The notes under the pieces: model-generated | The model's input: only the letters and a program-made list of their open reading frames with translations | What the model was told of the DNA's origin: nothing | The model's database searches: none | In this document: positions 37,061 through 46,530 of the stretch, in pieces | Numbering within the stretch: position 1 is the first letter of the stretch | Layout of the letters: each line of letters starts with the position of its first letter | Assembly (NCBI GenBank): GCA_964584165.1 | Contig: CAZOYW010000007.1 | Location: forward strand, 32,886-96,885 | Source of the DNA: an uncultured bacterium | Lineage (GTDB): Bacteria; Auribacterota; Erginobacteria; Erginobacterales; CAZKCI01 | Length of the DNA stretch: 64,000 nucleotides | Direction: 5' to 3' | Translations under genes and position numbers: made by a program

Positions 37061-39037
37061 CTAGAGTTTCCAGACCAGGAGGCCCACCAGCGCCAGGACG
37101 ATCCCCAGTATATAAAGGTTCAAACGCCCGTGCTGAAGGAGACGGAGCCGGGCCAGGAGCCCCCCCATGATCGAAAAAATCGGACGGTAGACGCCCTCCT
37201 GGTAGAGATCGGGCGTTTCGCTGGAGAAGGAGGATGACGCGGGGAAGAAACCCATGGGCGGAACGAAACGGCGGCGGGTGCGCAGGAAAACGCGGAACAT
37301 CCGCATCAGGGGATCGGCGAAGGAGGAGGCGGTGTATTGCATCCGGGGCGACGGCGCGATGTAGCCGCAGTCCCAGGTGACGGAGGCGCTCACCTCCCGG
37401 CCGCGGAGAAGGCGGTCTCGCGCCCAGTAGAGAAGGAGGGCAAGGCCGATCCCTCCCGTCGCCACCGCCGCGATCATGGTCAAGGCGTCGCCCACGCCCG
37501 CCGGGGCCGAAGACAAGCCGGCCACCACGCCGACCGCCGGCTGGAGGAATGGGATGATGAACGACCCGCCGAGGCCGATGGCGGCGCAGGTGGTCGCCAG
37601 AATCGCCATCGGCATCTTCATCGCCCCTCCCGATTCATGGGCCGCGGCGGACGCGGAGGAGCGCGGCTCGCCGAGGAAGATCACGCCGAAGGCCTTGACG
37701 AAGCAGGCCACCGCCAGTCCCCCGATCAGTGCCAGCGCGGCGAGGCCGATCATCCCGGCGAAAACCGTCCCGACGGGTTGGCGGCTGGGCTCGGCCACGG
37801 CGCGCAGGGAGGACAGGTAGATCAGGAACTCGCTCACGAAACCGTTGAGCGGCGGCAGTCCGCAGATGGCGGCCGAGCCGACGAGAAAGGCGAGTCCCGT
37901 AGCCGGCAACCGCTTGAGGAGTCCGCCGAGATGCTCGATATCGCCCGTCCCGGCGGCGTGGATGACCGACCCGGCGGAGAGGAAGAGGAGGCTCTTGAAG
38001 ACGGCGTGGTTGATCACGTGGAGGAGCGCGCCGGCCAGGCCCAGAAAGGCCATGGCCGGAGAGCCGTAGGAAATCCCCAAGAGGCCGATGCCGATACCGA
38101 GCGCGATGATCCCGATATTTTCGACGCTGTGGTAGGCGAGGAGGCGCTTGAGGTCGTGCTGGGCGAGCGCGAAGAGGACGCCCAGGACGCCGGAGACGAC
38201 GCCGATGGCGACGAGCGACCAGCCCCACCAGGGAGGCGGCGTCCCGAGAAAGGTGAGAACGCGCAGCAGGCCGTAGATCCCGGTCTTGATCATGACGCCG
38301 CTCATCACGGCGGAGACATGGGAGGGGGCGGCGGGGTGGGCCTCGGGGAGCCAGACGTGGAGGGGAATGAAACCGGCCTTGGCGCCGAAGCCGACGAGGG
38401 CGAGGAGGAAGGCCGCTCCGGCGAAGCCGGGGAGGGCGGCGGCGCGGGCGAACCCGCTGAACTCCAGGCCCTCCGCTCCCCGCCCGAGCAGCGCGAAGAG
38501 GGCGAGCAGGAACGCCGCCCCGATGTGGGCGGCGATCAGGTAGATCCAGCCGGCCCGGCGAACGCCGGCCTTCTCGCTGTCGAACATGACCAGGAAGAAG
38601 GAGGCGATCGACATCGCCTCCCAGGCGAGGAGGAAGAGGAGTCCGTCGCGCGCGAGCACCACCAGGAGCATGCTGGCGGTCAAGAGGTGGAAGAAAAACC
38701 AGGAGGCGGCGATGTCCCTCTTCCCCTCCCGGTCCCTGAGGTAGGCCGACCCGTATATCGCCGAGAGAGCTGTTATGGCGAGTATCGGGAGCGCGAAGAC
38801 GGCGGAGAGGGCGTCCAGGGCCAGGAGGATCGATCCGAATGGCATCGACCAGCCGAGGCGAAGGACGCCCAGAGAGTGTCCGCTCAACGCCATGAGGACC
38901 GGAGGGAGGCCGAGGAGAGCGGCGGCGACGGCGACCGCCGGCCCGACGACCCGCGTCCATGACGGACGGCCGATCGTGGCCAGGCAGAGGAACGCCCCCC
39001 CGAAGAGGACACTAAGAGCCGCGACGATCCAGATCAC
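37061..39037 (-). CDS. NuoL/MrpA/HyfB-like antiporter-type membrane subunit
   Basis: 658 aa. KAGFIPLHVWLPEAHPAAPSHVSA motif. GTG start overlapping the upstream stop. Confidence 0.8.
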   Translation of the reverse strand: MIWIVAALSVLFGGAFLCLATIGRPSWTRVVGPAVAVAAALLGLPPVLMALSGHSLGVLRLGWSMPFGSILLALDALSAVFALPILAITALSAIYGSAYLRDREGKRDIAASWFFFHLLTASMLLVVLARDGLLFLLAWEAMSIASFFLVMFDSEKAGVRRAGWIYLIAAHIGAAFLLALFALLGRGAEGLEFSGFARAAALPGFAGAAFLLALVGFGAKAGFIPLHVWLPEAHPAAPSHVSAVMSGVMIKTGIYGLLRVLTFLGTPPPWWGWSLVAIGVVSGVLGVLFALAQHDLKRLLAYHSVENIGIIALGIGIGLLGISYGSPAMAFLGLAGALLHVINHAVFKSLLFLSAGSVIHAAGTGDIEHLGGLLKRLPATGLAFLVGSAAICGLPPLNGFVSEFLIYLSSLRAVAEPSRQPVGTVFAGMIGLAALALIGGLAVACFVKAFGVIFLGEPRSSASAAAHESGGAMKMPMAILATTCAAIGLGGSFIIPFLQPAVGVVAGLSSAPAGVGDALTMIAAVATGGIGLALLLYWARDRLLRGREVSASVTWDCGYIAPSPRMQYTASSFADPLMRMFRVFLRTRRRFVPPMGFFPASSSFSSETPDLYQEGVYRPIFSIMGGLLARLRLLQHGRLNLYILGIVLALVGLLVWKL

Positions 39038-39750
39038 TCCTGGACGGCTCCTTCCTCCCTGTTCCCGGATGGGCGATGCGGGATGCTGCCGTCGACCAGA
39101 GCCGCGGCGGCGGCGATCTCGGCCCGGCTTCCGCGGCGGGAGATCGCATCGGAGAAAGCGGGATGGCGCAGCGCGAATGACAGCCGGGAGAGAAGATTCA
39201 GATGGGCCGAGATGGTGGGAGAGACGATCATGAAGATCGTGTGGACCGGTTTGCCGTCCAGAGAGCCGAAATCGATCGCTTTCTCCAGGAAACAGAGCGT
39301 CACCATCGGCTGGGGGATGAACATGACGATGGGGTTGCGGACATGGGGGATGGCGATCCCTTCGCCGATCCCCGTGGATCCCAGCGACTCCCGGGCCAGG
39401 AGCACGCGCAACAGGAACATCCGGTCGACTTCCTTCGGGAGCGCCATCATCTCGATGGCGGTTTTCAGGACCGAATCTTTGTCATCACCCTCCACCCGGT
39501 AGTGAATCCCCCCTGCCTGGAGGGCTTCCGCCAAGGAAGGGAACGGCACCTTGTCGCGGTCGGGGTCGGAGAAGATCTCGGTCGAGACGTTGACGCGGTG
39601 GGCCGTCGCCCATTCCAGGAGCTCGGCCCGGTTGATCCGGTATTGCTCGTTGATCTTGAAAACCGGGAGATTGTTCCCCTTGATCCACCGATAAACGGTC
39701 TTCTCCGACACGTTCATCAGCTCGGCTGCTTCTCTGACCCCTATCTGCAT
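39034..39750 (-). CDS. HTH (MerR/excisionase-type) DNA-binding domain fused to PTS EIIA(Fru/Ntr)-type domain; first gene of the Ehr-like operon
   Basis: N-terminal MNVSEKTVYRWIKGNNLP HTH. C-terminal EIIA-2-like domain with GIAIPH active-site His motif. Confidence 0.6.
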   Translation of the reverse strand: MQIGVREAAELMNVSEKTVYRWIKGNNLPVFKINEQYRINRAELLEWATAHRVNVSTEIFSDPDRDKVPFPSLAEALQAGGIHYRVEGDDKDSVLKTAIEMMALPKEVDRMFLLRVLLARESLGSTGIGEGIAIPHVRNPIVMFIPQPMVTLCFLEKAIDFGSLDGKPVHTIFMIVSPTISAHLNLLSRLSFALRHPAFSDAISRRGSRAEIAAAAALVDGSIPHRPSGNREEGAVQE

Positions 39751-39845
39751 ATTTTCTTATCTCTGTATTCCCTCGCTTGTGACAATCCTGGACATATTAT
39801 CGCCCATAGCCCCACTTGTCCACGCCAAACATGCTTTCGCGTGCC

Positions 39846-39881
39846 TGTGGGAGCCCCGATCGAATCGAAGATTCGATCGGG
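39846..39881. mobile_element. TGTGGGAG-family MITE-like element (partial), palindrome CCCCGATCGAATCGAAGATTCGATCGGG
   Basis: Same family as 24632-24707. Confidence 0.45.
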
Positions 39882-40125
39882 ACGATCCAAGCCAGCCAAG
39901 CCCATGCGAGCGCTATCTTGGATGCTATTGTAGCGTCGGGCCTCCTGGCCCGACGTCGTCAGAACCGTCGTAGATGCCTTTCAGTTGCGATATCCAATTT
40001 CGCTCCGAATCTCCGCATCCTGTGTTTTCCATTCGTAGCCTCGGACCTTAATCCCCTCTTCCCGCTCCGCGAATTGTAGGCCGGGTCTGTGACCCGGCGC
40101 GAGGGCGAAGCGGGGGATTTCTTCT

Positions 40126-40488
40126 CTAGTCGCTCTTGTTTTCCTCATCGCTTTCGCGATTATGCGAATCTCCATCTATCCCCGCCCTTTTCAATAGATT
40201 GAATACTAACTTGCCCCTAAACAGCATATACCACGCCAACACAACATATAGCATTATGTGAATAACATTATTTGCGAATGCCGATATATCGATATTTTGC
40301 GCCGTCTTGGCAATATATGTCGCCATATCTTGCCCGGATTCGTCGATATGAATCCTGGGCATGGCGATATACTTGTACATGGATATCATAAGGGATGGCA
40401 GTATCATGACGGCCTTAATGCCGCAATATACGCCGAATGCCCTTACGATCACCCAGGCTGTTTCAGCCCCGTTCATATTCATCTTCAC
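40126..40488 (-). CDS. small membrane protein (2 TM), AT-rich, island-borne
   Basis: 120 aa. GC content far below the genome background. Confidence 0.4.
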   Translation of the reverse strand: MKMNMNGAETAWVIVRAFGVYCGIKAVMILPSLMISMYKYIAMPRIHIDESGQDMATYIAKTAQNIDISAFANNVIHIMLYVVLAWYMLFRGKLVFNLLKRAGIDGDSHNRESDEENKSD

Positions 40489-41360
40489 GTTATTTTCCTT
40501 TTTGGGTATTCAGACCCGAAGCCTCATCCCCACATTTCACTCAACATCCTCGCCCGTTTCAACTTATTCATGAGCACCAAGCGGGGTGCCAATAACCCTT
40601 GGTGAAAGTTGACCGGGCCGATCCTCTTGGCAGGTCTATGAGCAAGACACTACATTTAAGACTTCAAGATCTCAGATTGAGATCTTAAACGCTGCCCGTC
40701 GTTCCGCACACCATGCACTGCGGTTCCCGCCCATCCCTATCTCGCGGGCCTGTTCCCCGGCATTAGCCGTATCTCACGAGGTGATGGCTTGCCTGTATTT
40801 CAACGATCACTTCCTGATATATCGCGATGTTCATCGGGAACTGTTCGCAAATTGCGCTGAATTAGGTGAACCCGCCAACTCGGCCGCACGTCTCGATCAG
40901 GCCGAATGAGAATGTTGACTGATTGATACGTCCTCTGTCTTCATCTTTTTTGCTCGCTTATAAAGCCCCGAAACCCCGGAGGGGTGATCGACAATAGCCA
41001 AGGGGTTTACCCCCTGCTCTGAAGGCAAAATCAGCATGGAGCCCCGGAAGGGCGACGGAATCCCGCCGCCGAAGCTAGCCTCGCGAAATCGCCTGCGCTC
41101 CATCCCCTGCCTTCCTGTCCCGTGCCAATCCAAGGAAGGCTCTCATTTACAACTGTCCAGTTTTTGGGGGGCAGGTCATCCCGAGCATAGGAAAAATAAA
41201 TGATGGTGCACTTTTCAACATAATTTCTCTCCCTAATGGTTAAGGGATTTACTCTAACGGCTCCCGCTCAAGCCGCCCCCCTTTTCCCAGCACTCATTGA
41301 TCGGCGGCTTACAGCCGATTTTTAACCCTAATTTCGGCTTTAAGCCGTTATAAACCCCCA

Positions 41361-41396
41361 TTTATGCGTATCCCTTTGCTAATCAACCAGATTCCG
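41361..41396. repeat. 36-bp direct repeat R1 (tttatgcgtatcc...caaccagat.ccg), 3' of the RSD gene
   Basis: 30/36 identical to R2 at 42818-42853. Confidence 0.6.
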
Positions 41397-41435
41397 TGGT
41401 CCGACTACATGTTCGATATCTCTAGATATTACTCC

Positions 41436-42482
41436 TCACGCCTTGTCATTATCCTTTTTATTGTCTTCATTTTTAGTTGTTAGTGGAAAACCCAATAAGC
41501 CCGGAAATGTCCCCAATCCATACTTTGATATGTCAATCCTGAATTCGTTAGGATTTGGTATACCAGCTATATTTGGACTATCTAAAATGTACATATTCGG
41601 ATCAAATATATTGATCTTTTCTATCTGAAACGCATTCAACTTATTTATCAGTTCCTCCTTTTCCTTTTTTTCAATTTCTAGCTTGTCGATTTTCACTTTA
41701 AGATCTTCAATTATGCAAGACAATTTATTTACCTCCATCTTATGAACTTCAGCAGTTTCGTCAATCTTCCCCTTTAAATACTGTATATATGAGCCCATCC
41801 CATCCGCGCTTCCAGCGAGGCCATTAAATATTTTCAGGTACGGCATTAGTATTGGATTATCTTTGTCGTATGGATATCGCATTTTATGATCGATTTCGCT
41901 CCACGCCTCTTCAAATATAGTTCGTACTTGAATTTCAACAATAACAGGTTCCTTTGTCGGTTGGGTTTTAATTATGTAATGTACAGATCTATATCCATAC
42001 GGGTGGTTTTCCACCACACATCCCTTGTCTGTATACCTATTTTTTTCGTCGCCTTCACGAATATATGCCTTCGGCTTTTCGATGGTCTCCCATTCATTAA
42101 TAATATATTCATGAATATCATCCCAATCATTTTTAAATAAATGCATTACCCTTACCCCAGCTAAATCAATTACAATGTTCCGATAATTATCTATAGCAAT
42201 TCTAACCTCGGAGTTTTCAAGAGATTTTCGAATAATTTTCTCAATTAAATGATCCGATTCTTTAATGCGTGTTTTTACTGAATGAGCTTTAGGTATATTT
42301 CTTAGCCTTTCGGCAATAGAATTCGCTGCTTGAAATAGATTCATAAATGTTTTATCATAATCTTCGACTATCGCCATCAAATTGGCCCACTTTAATCCTG
42401 ATTTAATATAGTTATCATCGGGTATTCTATACTTCTTGATAAAATCCTTATAATTCATAGCACGACTCCATTGTTTATGCAT
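41436..42482 (-). CDS. RelA/SpoT-domain (RSD) protein, toxSAS/CapRel-like single-chain architecture
   Basis: HSVKTRIKESDHLIEKIIRK, YRSVHYIIKT, VEIQVRTIFEEAWSEIDHKMRYPY (synthetase-fold motifs). C-terminal ~140 aa with coiled coil. Low GC. Confidence 0.7.
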   Translation of the reverse strand: MHKQWSRAMNYKDFIKKYRIPDDNYIKSGLKWANLMAIVEDYDKTFMNLFQAANSIAERLRNIPKAHSVKTRIKESDHLIEKIIRKSLENSEVRIAIDNYRNIVIDLAGVRVMHLFKNDWDDIHEYIINEWETIEKPKAYIREGDEKNRYTDKGCVVENHPYGYRSVHYIIKTQPTKEPVIVEIQVRTIFEEAWSEIDHKMRYPYDKDNPILMPYLKIFNGLAGSADGMGSYIQYLKGKIDETAEVHKMEVNKLSCIIEDLKVKIDKLEIEKKEKEELINKLNAFQIEKINIFDPNMYILDSPNIAGIPNPNEFRIDISKYGLGTFPGLLGFPLTTKNEDNKKDNDKA

Positions 42483-42599
42483 TATTCAATTCCACCTTGG
42501 ATCCCTGGATTCGATAGCTTATTCCTTACTGGTGAAGATAGCTTTGAGAACAAAACAGCTACAACATCACCTCCAATGCATTCTCTTGCTTCAACCTGT

Positions 42600-42790
42600 C
42601 AATGAGCTCTAGGCGGGGGGCCTGGATATTCCCCTTCGGCGGGAAGTGGAGCCCCGCACCATTTTTACGCCTCAATGCGAAACTCTAAGCGAAGTGCCCT
42701 TGGCCAATCTATCGCCGCAGAAGACCGGGGCACAAGCCGAAGGGTCGACCGAGCGGATCCGCTTAGGCCGGCCTTTGAGCAAGACGCTGC
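42600..42790 (-). pseudogene. degraded 3' fragment of a GIY-YIG-family paralog (related to the C-terminus of the 47014-47817 gene)
   Basis: The minus strand translates to VLLKGRPKRIRSVDPS... and ...NIQAPRLELIDR. Compare KYIVLLKGRPKRVGPVDSSPKVNIQAPRLALLDRLI in the intact gene. Frameshifts and a stop are present. Confidence 0.5.
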
Positions 42791-42817
42791 TGTTGTTTTG
42801 ACTCCTTTTTATGCGTA

Positions 42818-42853
42818 TCCGCCTGTCAAGCAACCAGATGCCGAAGCCTAACC
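42818..42853. repeat. 36-bp direct repeat R2, immediately 3' of the PHP-SMC ATPase gene
   Basis: See R1. Confidence 0.6.
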
Positions 42854-42863
42854 GCGCATTTAT

Positions 42864-45845
42864 CTATCCAGCCTCGCCTAAAATATGTTTCCACTGTAAT
42901 CGGTAACGCCGCTCACGTTCTAAAAATGCACGTTCCCCTCCCTCTAGAATCCCGCACACCGTCGTCCGGATATTCGGGTTTTCAAGCGACCCGCTCTGAT
43001 ATTTAATGTGTGGAAGAGTGCCGTCTATACTCGGAGTGGCAGTTGCAATAATCACCTGATCCGCATCCGTATTAACGACCAAGTTGGCATTGTGAGTTAC
43101 GATAATTACCTGTCGGCGCTTACGTACTTGACGAAAGTGCGGTACCAAATCATCGAAAACTGATTTGGGATCAAGATTCTCCTCCGGTTGATCTATTAGA
43201 AGGGGGCGCCGGTCGTTGCGATCAATTGCGAGGTATAGCAAAAGAAGCACTATTCCACGCGTACCGGGAGATACCTGTTCAACAACAACCCCATCATACT
43301 CAATCCCATAACGAATTTCGATGTGCTCAGTGCTGTAAAGCCACGCTCCGATCTGGCGAAACCACTCTACCTTTTTCCCGGGTTCGATCGATGAAGGCAT
43401 TGCAGCCTGAATATCATCCGAATGTTTCGCCACGAAATCATGCATAGCCGTCGCCACTTCATCGGGGTTTCCGACGCGCCACGGCGATAAAAGAGCATCC
43501 TTTGTAATGCTGGCCAGTGTGCCGTGCCCTCGAAATGGTGTGTTCTTCCGCAGATCGAGCAATTCTTCCCCAGCCTTAACCCAATCATTGAAACTAACAT
43601 GTCGCCTGACAACAAAACGCATTTTGGCGAGCGCCCCTTGCTCTCCTTCGAGCTCTTTGTGCAACGGCGTATAAAGACGTGCTAGAGCCCGCTCTTCTTC
43701 TGCAAATGTATTGAAAATCGAGCGGTAGGCTTGTCTGCGCGTGGCTCGTAGAGCGCGTAGTCGTTCGTCCGCCCCTTCCCCATTGTCGATCGCGAGGTCT
43801 AGCTTTTTTAGGCTAGTCTCATTCGCTGCAATCGCTCTATTGAGGATGTCATATTTCCTTTGCTTAATCTCGTCACCCCCAACCTGCTTTTTCGCGGCGG
43901 CACGCGCAGATTTCAGCGCGTCGAGCGGCCAAACGTTCAACGGCACTTTCGTAAGATCTAACGGATTAGTAGGGTCGACGCATTGAAGCTTAGTAATCTC
44001 ATTCGCGACTTTGCTTTTAGCTTGGGTGATGATCGTCTCCACATCGCCGGAATATTTTAGCCGGAAATTCCCCCACTCGATTTCAGTAAGACCTGACTCA
44101 GCGAACCTCTCGCGCATTTCAGCCAAACGTTGCGCGGCATCTTGATCGCGAATGAATATCACCTCGGCGAGCAAGTCATCCAAAGCTTTTTGCCTCCGCC
44201 TCAAGCTTTCAACGCGGTTTTCTGCGTCCGTACATGCCAGATCAAGTTCGAGCAACCGCTGGGCTCGTTTTCCAGCATCCTTCGGCAGCAGGTTCTCAAG
44301 ATCTTTGCGAGATTTCTTGAGTTGCACGCCCAAACTATTGCGATCAATTCGGAGCTTGGGCAATTGATCCTGCAACCGCATCTCCATGGCAATTTTCGCA
44401 GAAGCTGTCGCCACACTTTCGATTTGCTGCTGGCGGCGGCGTCTGATCGGTTTCAGCAACAGATCTGCAAGCGCCTCGAAAGATTCGGTTTGCATACGGT
44501 CTACTGGTTCGGTTTGGTCGAAAATCACCCTCTCAATCTCTTGTCGTAGTTCGACGGCAAGCCCTGCAGATGAGCAAAGTTGTTCCACGAACTGCTGTGA
44601 GAGATAGCGCACCTGCGGCATTTCCTCCGTCCATTCGTCGGGTGAACGGAAGGGAGCCAACTTCCTCTCACCATCGGCCCAGACCTCTTCAACTTGAGCG
44701 TCGCCGATGAGATCGTCAGGTGAGGTGGCTCGCCGCAAAAATGAGGATTCACCCAAGTTGTTGCCGATTGCCTGAGCACCGGCGGCAATCATGTCAAGCA
44801 GCGCGGTCTTGCCAGAACCCCGCTCGCCAATGATGCTGATAAGTCCATGGTTCAATTCGATTTCTTTATTGAGGACCCAAGACATGCCGATGGGCTTTAT
44901 GCTCTCGAGGGTAACCGAATCGGGGATTTCAGTCGGAGATCGTTCGCTGATCGAGACTCGTTCTTCCGGCTCAATGACGGCCTGGCGGAGACTCTCAAAT
45001 GCGAGATCGCCCTTGATCCAGCAATAGCGCGCCAAGTCTGGAGCAGCGACACGGTCCAATTGGTGAGCGTCACATCCATGGAGGCAAGGCTTGATTGCAC
45101 CATATCTGCGTTCAATCGCCTTGCGATCCATCCCGGCCTTGAACCCTAGCCAAAAATCATGGTCGGCTTTGTTGCCTGAGAAGATTATATGCGAGAAACC
45201 CTCGATTTCTTGCCGGATAGCGGAGAAGGCATCATCCTCTTGGAGGCCAGAAGTCCCATCACATTTCGAACTTGCGACTGCCACGAGGCAGTTGTGTCGA
45301 ACCCAGGAATCTTCACGAAAAAGACCTCGCAGCTGGTCAAGGGTTACTTTGAACTGACCAACACCTTCTCGGAATGCACCTTCATCATCCGTTTGCTTTG
45401 GATTATACTTGCGGCCCAATGCGATGAGTTCCGAGCGCGCGCATGAATATTTTCGCTCCTTATACTCGAACGTGAGCTTTCCGAGAATTCGTTCAATCTG
45501 CTGCTCGTGATCCAGATCATCAGGAGAAAACAAGAGATGAATATTGATGCCTTTACTTTGCGCGGTCTTGAGCTCAAGCCTCATTTCAATATTTGGGAAA
45601 ATAAGGTCCACTTGAGGCAGCCGGCCCTCAGCTTTATGCGCACAGATTTGCTTATAACTCTGGATGCACAAATAATCCGTGATGCCTATGGCTCGGATGG
45701 TAGGGGATGCATTTTCGATCTTTTCCAGATAACCCTGCCAGGCACCAGCGAACTGATCACCCAGCACGGTTCCCGGTGCATGAATATGGGGGTCCCAGCG
45801 GTGCCATTCTGAACCGCGCAGGCTCCATTTTGGTGTTGCTTTCAT
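42864..45845 (-). CDS. PHP (polymerase/histidinol-phosphatase) domain fused to SMC/RecF/ABC-type coiled-coil ATPase (993 aa)
   Basis: N-terminal WDPHIHAPGT...AIGITDY (PHP motifs). Walker A IIGERGSGKTALL. Roughly 450 aa of coiled coil. C-terminal LLIDQPEENLD (Walker B / D-loop) and VTHNANL (H-loop). GGAGGA RBS; AT-rich upstream region. Confidence 0.8.
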   Translation of the reverse strand: MKATPKWSLRGSEWHRWDPHIHAPGTVLGDQFAGAWQGYLEKIENASPTIRAIGITDYLCIQSYKQICAHKAEGRLPQVDLIFPNIEMRLELKTAQSKGINIHLLFSPDDLDHEQQIERILGKLTFEYKERKYSCARSELIALGRKYNPKQTDDEGAFREGVGQFKVTLDQLRGLFREDSWVRHNCLVAVASSKCDGTSGLQEDDAFSAIRQEIEGFSHIIFSGNKADHDFWLGFKAGMDRKAIERRYGAIKPCLHGCDAHQLDRVAAPDLARYCWIKGDLAFESLRQAVIEPEERVSISERSPTEIPDSVTLESIKPIGMSWVLNKEIELNHGLISIIGERGSGKTALLDMIAAGAQAIGNNLGESSFLRRATSPDDLIGDAQVEEVWADGERKLAPFRSPDEWTEEMPQVRYLSQQFVEQLCSSAGLAVELRQEIERVIFDQTEPVDRMQTESFEALADLLLKPIRRRRQQQIESVATASAKIAMEMRLQDQLPKLRIDRNSLGVQLKKSRKDLENLLPKDAGKRAQRLLELDLACTDAENRVESLRRRQKALDDLLAEVIFIRDQDAAQRLAEMRERFAESGLTEIEWGNFRLKYSGDVETIITQAKSKVANEITKLQCVDPTNPLDLTKVPLNVWPLDALKSARAAAKKQVGGDEIKQRKYDILNRAIAANETSLKKLDLAIDNGEGADERLRALRATRRQAYRSIFNTFAEEERALARLYTPLHKELEGEQGALAKMRFVVRRHVSFNDWVKAGEELLDLRKNTPFRGHGTLASITKDALLSPWRVGNPDEVATAMHDFVAKHSDDIQAAMPSSIEPGKKVEWFRQIGAWLYSTEHIEIRYGIEYDGVVVEQVSPGTRGIVLLLLYLAIDRNDRRPLLIDQPEENLDPKSVFDDLVPHFRQVRKRRQVIIVTHNANLVVNTDADQVIIATATPSIDGTLPHIKYQSGSLENPNIRTTVCGILEGGERAFLERERRYRLQWKHILGEAG

Positions 45846-45970
45846 CTGATAACTATAGTCCTCCAGTTGCTTGTTCGCGATATATTCAGATCCCGAATAT
45901 TGCCCATTGCCATATAATTTCCCCGATATTTACGCTAGGTATAGCTATAATTTGAGGTTATCATCCAATA

Positions 45971-46417
45971 TTACAATTTCTGAATCCATTTCGCGAAATC
46001 GGATTGTGTCTTCTTCCCTACTGCAACGGATCCCCCGCGGGTAAAATGTTTGCTTCCCGCTATCCAAATGTATCCGCCAAAATCAGATGGAAGAAATAAA
46101 TCCCCATATTGAATCATGGCTACCTTTTCTTTCCCGAAATGGCCGAAGAAATAGCCAAACTCAAACATAACATTCAGATTTGGGATGTTCTTTTTCTGTT
46201 TCTTGATTATCGTTCGGGATTCCGGAGAGAAAACAAGCAAGGCTCCTTGCACTTTCGCGCGGATAGAGTCTAGTTCTTCCAGTAAGTTTCTCCCGGGAGT
46301 AAACGCATCCCACCACGGTAAGAAGGAGACAACATTTGAGGTTAAAGCTTTGACAATCGCTTTGGCTTGGGACCTGGCTGCCGACGACGAACCGATGAAT
46401 AGCTTTATTTCTGGCAT
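45971..46417 (-). CDS. TIR-like domain protein (COG4271/PF10137-type predicted nucleotide-binding TIR-like)
   Basis: 148 aa KLFIGSSS...PWWD.F..G...L..L......GALLVFSPE...NVMFEFGYFFGHFGKEKV...LPSD.GG pattern. Confidence 0.55.
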   Translation of the reverse strand: MPEIKLFIGSSSAARSQAKAIVKALTSNVVSFLPWWDAFTPGRNLLEELDSIRAKVQGALLVFSPESRTIIKKQKKNIPNLNVMFEFGYFFGHFGKEKVAMIQYGDLFLPSDFGGYIWIAGSKHFTRGGSVAVGKKTQSDFAKWIQKL

Positions 46418-46530
46418 ATTTGTTCCTCCCTTCCATTGTTTAATTTCAGATATTATTTGAATACGTAGGCCAACGTCCTAACCTACTTTAACCTATCCAT
46501 AAGCGCCGAACGAATGGTATGAATATTCAT

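Noticed and set aside
40500-41430. Possible structured RNA, group II intron or additional gene in the AT-rich gap
   Set aside because: I could not recognise any conserved ncRNA features or a convincing ORF. The region contains only a weak GIY-YIG-end remnant and a CCCGAAGGGCGACGG motif.
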